Below are positions 17,889 through 20,000 of a stretch of 20,000 bases of DNA, piece by piece. Source of the DNA: an uncultured virus (IMG/VR IMGVR_UViG_3300033571_018919) (lineage: Duplodnaviria; Heunggongvirae; Uroviricota; Caudoviricetes). Under the pieces are notes generated by a model. It searched no databases, was not told the DNA's origin, and saw only the letters and a program-made list of their open reading frames with translations. The stretch spans positions 107,169 through 127,168 of IMG/VR virus record IMGVR_UViG_3300033571_018919; one strand, written 5' to 3'. The stretch's first letter is position 1, and each line of letters opens with the position of its first letter. The translations under genes and the position numbers were made by a program.

Positions 17889-17915
17889 AAAAAGGTAGCT
17901 ATGCTACCTTTTTTT
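17889..17915 (+). terminator. Rho-independent terminator after pqqA
   Basis: AAAAAGGTAGC-TAT-GCTACCTTTTTTT. Confidence 0.8.
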
Positions 17916-17917
17916 AC

Positions 17918-17993
17918 GGTAGAGTAGCATAGCGGCTAATGCGCCACCTTCATACGGTGTTTATCGTCAGTTCGAGTCTGACCTCTACTACCA
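17918..17993 (+). tRNA. tRNA with CAT anticodon (elongator Met or Ile2/lysidine)
   Basis: Acceptor GGTAGAG/CTCTACT, anticodon loop TTCATAC, TTCGAGT T-loop, CCA; lacks initiator GGG/CCC anticodon stem. Confidence 0.88.
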
Positions 17994-18007
17994 ATAAAGG
18001 AAATATT

Positions 18008-18160
18008 ATGCCAATGTATGAAACTACTGTTAGAACGCCGAGCGGCGAAGAAAAGAAAAGAATTTATGCGGATACACCGCAAGAGGCTAAAAAACTTTTT
18101 GAACAATTGTATGGTGGGCCTAGAGCAGTTCCATATATACCAAAAATAGTACCAAGTTAG
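18008..18160 (+). CDS. 50-aa hypothetical protein (MPMYETTVRTPSGEEKKRIYADTPQEAKKLFEQLYGGPRAVPYIPKIVPS)
   Basis: AAAGGA RBS just upstream of ATG 18008; fills the gap between two tRNAs; the track's longer start (17939) lies inside a tRNA. Confidence 0.7.
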   Translation: MPMYETTVRTPSGEEKKRIYADTPQEAKKLFEQLYGGPRAVPYIPKIVPS

Positions 18161-18233
18161 GGGGATTAGTTAAATGGGATAACAACGGCTTTGCAAGCCG
18201 TGATTAACAGTTCGATTCTGTTATCCTCCACCA
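18160..18233 (+). tRNA. tRNA-Ala(TGC)
   Basis: Anticodon arm ACGGC-TTTGCAA-GCCGT; G3:U70 Ala identity pair; CCA. Confidence 0.93.
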
Positions 18234-18244
18234 AAACATTCAAT

Positions 18245-18321
18245 GGTGATGGTAGCTCAGTTGGTAGAGTCCCGGATTGTGATTCCGGTCGTCGTGGGTT
18301 CGAGCCCCATCCTTCACCCCA
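18245..18321 (+). tRNA. tRNA-His(GTG)
   Basis: Anticodon arm CCGGA-TTGTGAT-TCCGG; encoded G-1:C73; CCA. Confidence 0.95.
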
Positions 18322-18324
18322 AAT

Positions 18325-18402
18325 ACCCTGATGGCGAAATTGGTAGACGCACCAGTTTAAGGTACTGGATTGTTGAGAGTTCGAGTCTCTCTCAGGGCAC
18401 CA
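18325..18402 (+). tRNA. tRNA-Leu(AAG), short variable loop
   Basis: Leu-type D arm GGCGAAATTGGTAGACGC; anticodon arm CCAGT-TTAAGGT-ACTGG; A1:C72 mismatch; CCA. Confidence 0.8.
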
Positions 18403-18404
18403 AT

Positions 18405-18480
18405 GCCGTTCAAGCTAACCAAGTGGAAGCGTCTGTCTGAAGAACAGAATGGCCTGGAGCGTTACCAGGGGTCGGCACCA
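18405..18480 (+). tRNA. Atypical tRNA-Phe(GAA)
   Basis: Anticodon arm TCTGT-CTGAAGA-ACAGA; T-stem CCTGG/CCAGG with non-canonical loop AGCGTTA; ACCA end. Confidence 0.75.
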
Positions 18481-18484
18481 ATTT

Positions 18485-18513
18485 TTGACAAATATTAAAT
18501 TATTTGTTATACT
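18485..18513 (+). promoter_or_regulatory. Sigma70-type promoter (extended -10)
   Basis: TTGACA-17 nt-TATACT with TGn; ends 4 nt before tRNA-Arg(CCG). Confidence 0.75.
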
Positions 18514-18517
18514 TGAT

Positions 18518-18592
18518 GAGTCCTTAGTCTAATGGATAAGATACTGCATTCCGATTGCATTGATGCAGGTTCGATTCCTGCAGGACTTACCA
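18518..18592 (+). tRNA. tRNA-Arg(CCG)
   Basis: Acceptor GAGTCCT/AGGACTT; anticodon loop TTCCGAT; D-loop GGATA (A20 Arg determinant); CCA. Confidence 0.88.
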
Positions 18593-18624
18593 AAAGTAAA
18601 TACTATTTTATATAGGAGATTAAA

Positions 18625-19185
18625 ATGTCTGTCTTAGCTTTGGATATCACAGGAATCCCTAGACAATGGGTTTCAAACGATATTGCAATCACTTACCATG
18701 CAAAAGAGATGGTAGCATGGAGTATTGGTGAAATTGTTGCACGTTATCGTGGTGGCATTCAAAATAATGGCAAAATGAGTTATCTTGAAACTCCTAGTAT
18801 TATTGCCATTAAAGGACATGGTTTTGATCCTAGCAAACATGGCAAAGTTGCACTTACTAATAAAACATTGTTTGGGCGTGACCGTCATGTATGTGCATAC
18901 TGCGGCGGACATTTTTCGAATTCAAACAACTTAAGTCGTGACCATATTTTACCTAAAAGCAGAGGTGGTGCAAACAATTGGATGAATGTGGTTACTGCAT
19001 GTACTCCATGCAATAACAAGAAAGACAACAAAACATTGAAAGAGGCACGAATGGAATTGCTTTATGTTCCCTATGAGCCAAATTTCTTTGAAGCAATGAT
19101 TTTGCAAAATAGAAATATTCTCGCTGATCAAATGGAATACTTAATGACAGGTGTACCAAAACATAGCAGAATTTTGTTATCATAA
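18625..19185 (+). CDS. HNH endonuclease (McrA/HNH_5-like)
   Basis: RDRHVCAYCG, SRDHILPKSRGG, NVVTACTPCNNKK; AGGAG RBS. Confidence 0.9.
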   Translation: MSVLALDITGIPRQWVSNDIAITYHAKEMVAWSIGEIVARYRGGIQNNGKMSYLETPSIIAIKGHGFDPSKHGKVALTNKTLFGRDRHVCAYCGGHFSNSNNLSRDHILPKSRGGANNWMNVVTACTPCNNKKDNKTLKEARMELLYVPYEPNFFEAMILQNRNILADQMEYLMTGVPKHSRILLS

Positions 19186-19193
19186 TAAAAACA

Positions 19194-19222
19194 TTGACAT
19201 AAAATGTTTTGTGTGATATGAT
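19194..19222 (+). promoter_or_regulatory. Sigma70-type promoter (extended -10)
   Basis: TTGACA-17 nt-TATGAT with TGn. Confidence 0.75.
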
Positions 19223-19241
19223 TGCGTTTAAATAGTTTTAT

Positions 19242-19316
19242 GCTGGCGTGGCTCAACGGTAGAGCAACGGATTTGTAATCCGTAGGTTGAGGGTTCGATT
19301 CCTTTCGCCAGCACCA
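19242..19316 (+). tRNA. tRNA-Thr(TGT)
   Basis: Anticodon arm ACGGA-TTTGTAA-TCCGT; CCA. Confidence 0.95.
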
Positions 19317-19322
19317 TTTTAT

Positions 19323-19398
19323 TGTCTAGTAGCTCAGTCGGTAGAGCAGGTGACTGTTAATCACCCTGTCGTAGGTTCGATCCCTACCTAGACAGCCA
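19323..19398 (+). tRNA. tRNA-Asn(GTT)
   Basis: Anticodon arm GGTGA-CTGTTAA-TCACC; G73; CCA. Confidence 0.95.
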
Positions 19399-19422
19399 AA
19401 CTTCTTGTATTATAGGTATATT

Positions 19423-19617
19423 ATGTTAGTTACTGAAGCACAAGGTTACAAACTTTTCTGTGAAACACAAAAAATTGATTTCCCGCCGGACACCTATTAT
19501 GTTCGTATTTTTACCAAATATGAATTTGCTAAGAACTCTGATGCGGAGCAAACTAAGATTGAACTTTTTCTAACTAAAAGTGAATTAGACAATCTTAGAC
19601 AAATGCTTACTGTCTAA
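19423..19617 (+). CDS. 64-aa hypothetical protein
   Basis: ATG at 19423 preceded by AGGT; fills the gap between tRNA-Asn and tRNA-Arg. Confidence 0.6.
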   Translation: MLVTEAQGYKLFCETQKIDFPPDTYYVRIFTKYEFAKNSDAEQTKIELFLTKSELDNLRQMLTV

Positions 19618-19624
19618 TTAATTT

Positions 19625-19699
19625 CTGGCGTTCGTATAAGGGATAATACTACAGACTTCTAATCTGTAAATCCAGGTTCGAGTCCTGGACGCCGGACCA
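19625..19699 (+). tRNA. tRNA-Arg(TCT)
   Basis: Anticodon arm ACAGA-CTTCTAA-TCTGT; GGTTCGAGTCC; CCA. Confidence 0.92.
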
Positions 19700-19728
19700 A
19701 ATTATCAAACTAGCAACAAAAATAATTG

Positions 19729-19757
19729 TTGACGATAAATCCTATTTGATGTATAAT
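19729..19757 (+). promoter_or_regulatory. Sigma70-type promoter
   Basis: TTGACG-17 nt-TATAAT. Confidence 0.75.
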
Positions 19758-19774
19758 TCTTTTTATCGTAGTTA

Positions 19775-19788
19775 ATATCTTTAACAAT
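19775..19788 (+). promoter_or_regulatory. boxA-like antitermination element
   Basis: ATATCTTTAACAAT resembles rrn boxA (TGCTCTTTAACA), located between a promoter and tRNA-Glu. Confidence 0.45.
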
Positions 19789-19802
19789 TTAATAACATTT
19801 AG

Positions 19803-19878
19803 GCACCCATCGTCTAGAGGCCTAGGACATTGCCCTTTCAAGGCAGTAACACGGGTTCGAATCCCGTTGGGTGTACCA
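19803..19878 (+). tRNA. tRNA-Glu(TTC)
   Basis: Anticodon arm TTGCC-CTTTCAA-GGCAG; GGTTCGAATCC; CCA. Confidence 0.95.
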
Positions 19879-19938
19879 GTTAATGGTATAACTAACTGTG
19901 ATACAAGCACAATATGCTTGGTAGATTATACCATACTT

Positions 19939-20000
19939 GCCCACTTAGCTCATTCGGTTAGAGCATCGTCTTGATAAGGCGGGGGTGCTTGGTTCGATTC
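19939..20000 (+). tRNA. tRNA-Ile(GAT), truncated by window end
   Basis: D arm GCTC/GAGC, anticodon arm TCGTC-TTGATAA-GGCGG, GGTTCGATTC at the edge. Confidence 0.88.

Noticed and set aside
18160..18592. Alternative readings as tRNA-Cys(GCA) at 18160 and tRNA-Gly(TCC) at 18518
   Set aside because: Stem register centres the loops on TGC (with G3:U70) and CCG (with A20), giving Ala and Arg.
19625..19699. Amber suppressor tRNA (CTA) and stop-codon recoding
   Set aside because: The 7-nt loop CT-TCT-AA centres on TCT (Arg); genes tile cleanly in the standard code with TAA, TAG and TGA all used as stops.
17560..19910. ORF-track entries 17560-17748, 18243-18440, 19710-19910 and the 5' extension of 17939-18160
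   Set aside because: They overlap clear tRNA genes and are translations of tRNA sequence.
1..20000. CRISPR array, IS element, integrase or rRNA
   Set aside because: No regularly spaced direct repeats, transposase/integrase motifs or rRNA-like sequence were seen.

Overview
AT-rich segment that most likely comes from a large T4-like (myovirus/jumbo) bacteriophage. Bases 1-16801 are a densely packed small-molecule or macromolecule modification cluster in five transcription units. It encodes eight radical SAM enzymes (one cobalamin-binding, seven with Twitch/SPASM-type auxiliary Cys motifs), two 2OG-Fe(II) oxygenases, a QueC-like PP-loop ATPase, a PLP-dependent enzyme, a class I methyltransferase, an SGNH-like protein, a kinase-like protein and a tandem-duplicated GT-A glycosyltransferase-like protein. 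Every unit starts 4-10 nt downstream of a TAAATA (T4 late-promoter-like) motif. Bases ~16840-20000 hold a tRNA array (13 tRNAs, the last truncated) with sigma70-type promoters, an HNH endonuclease and small ORFs. Three features missed by the ORF track stand out. (1) A 46-codon leader ORF uses all 20 amino acids and 37 different codons and overlaps mutually exclusive antiterminator/terminator hairpins directly upstream of the tRNA array, a candidate 'pan-codon' attenuator sensing tRNA depletion. (2) A stand-alone pqqA gene (PQQ precursor peptide) has its own promoter, RBS and terminator. (3) A ~250-nt structured non-coding region containing a tRNA-like T-arm precedes the first tRNA. All assignments come from manual motif reading, not database searches.
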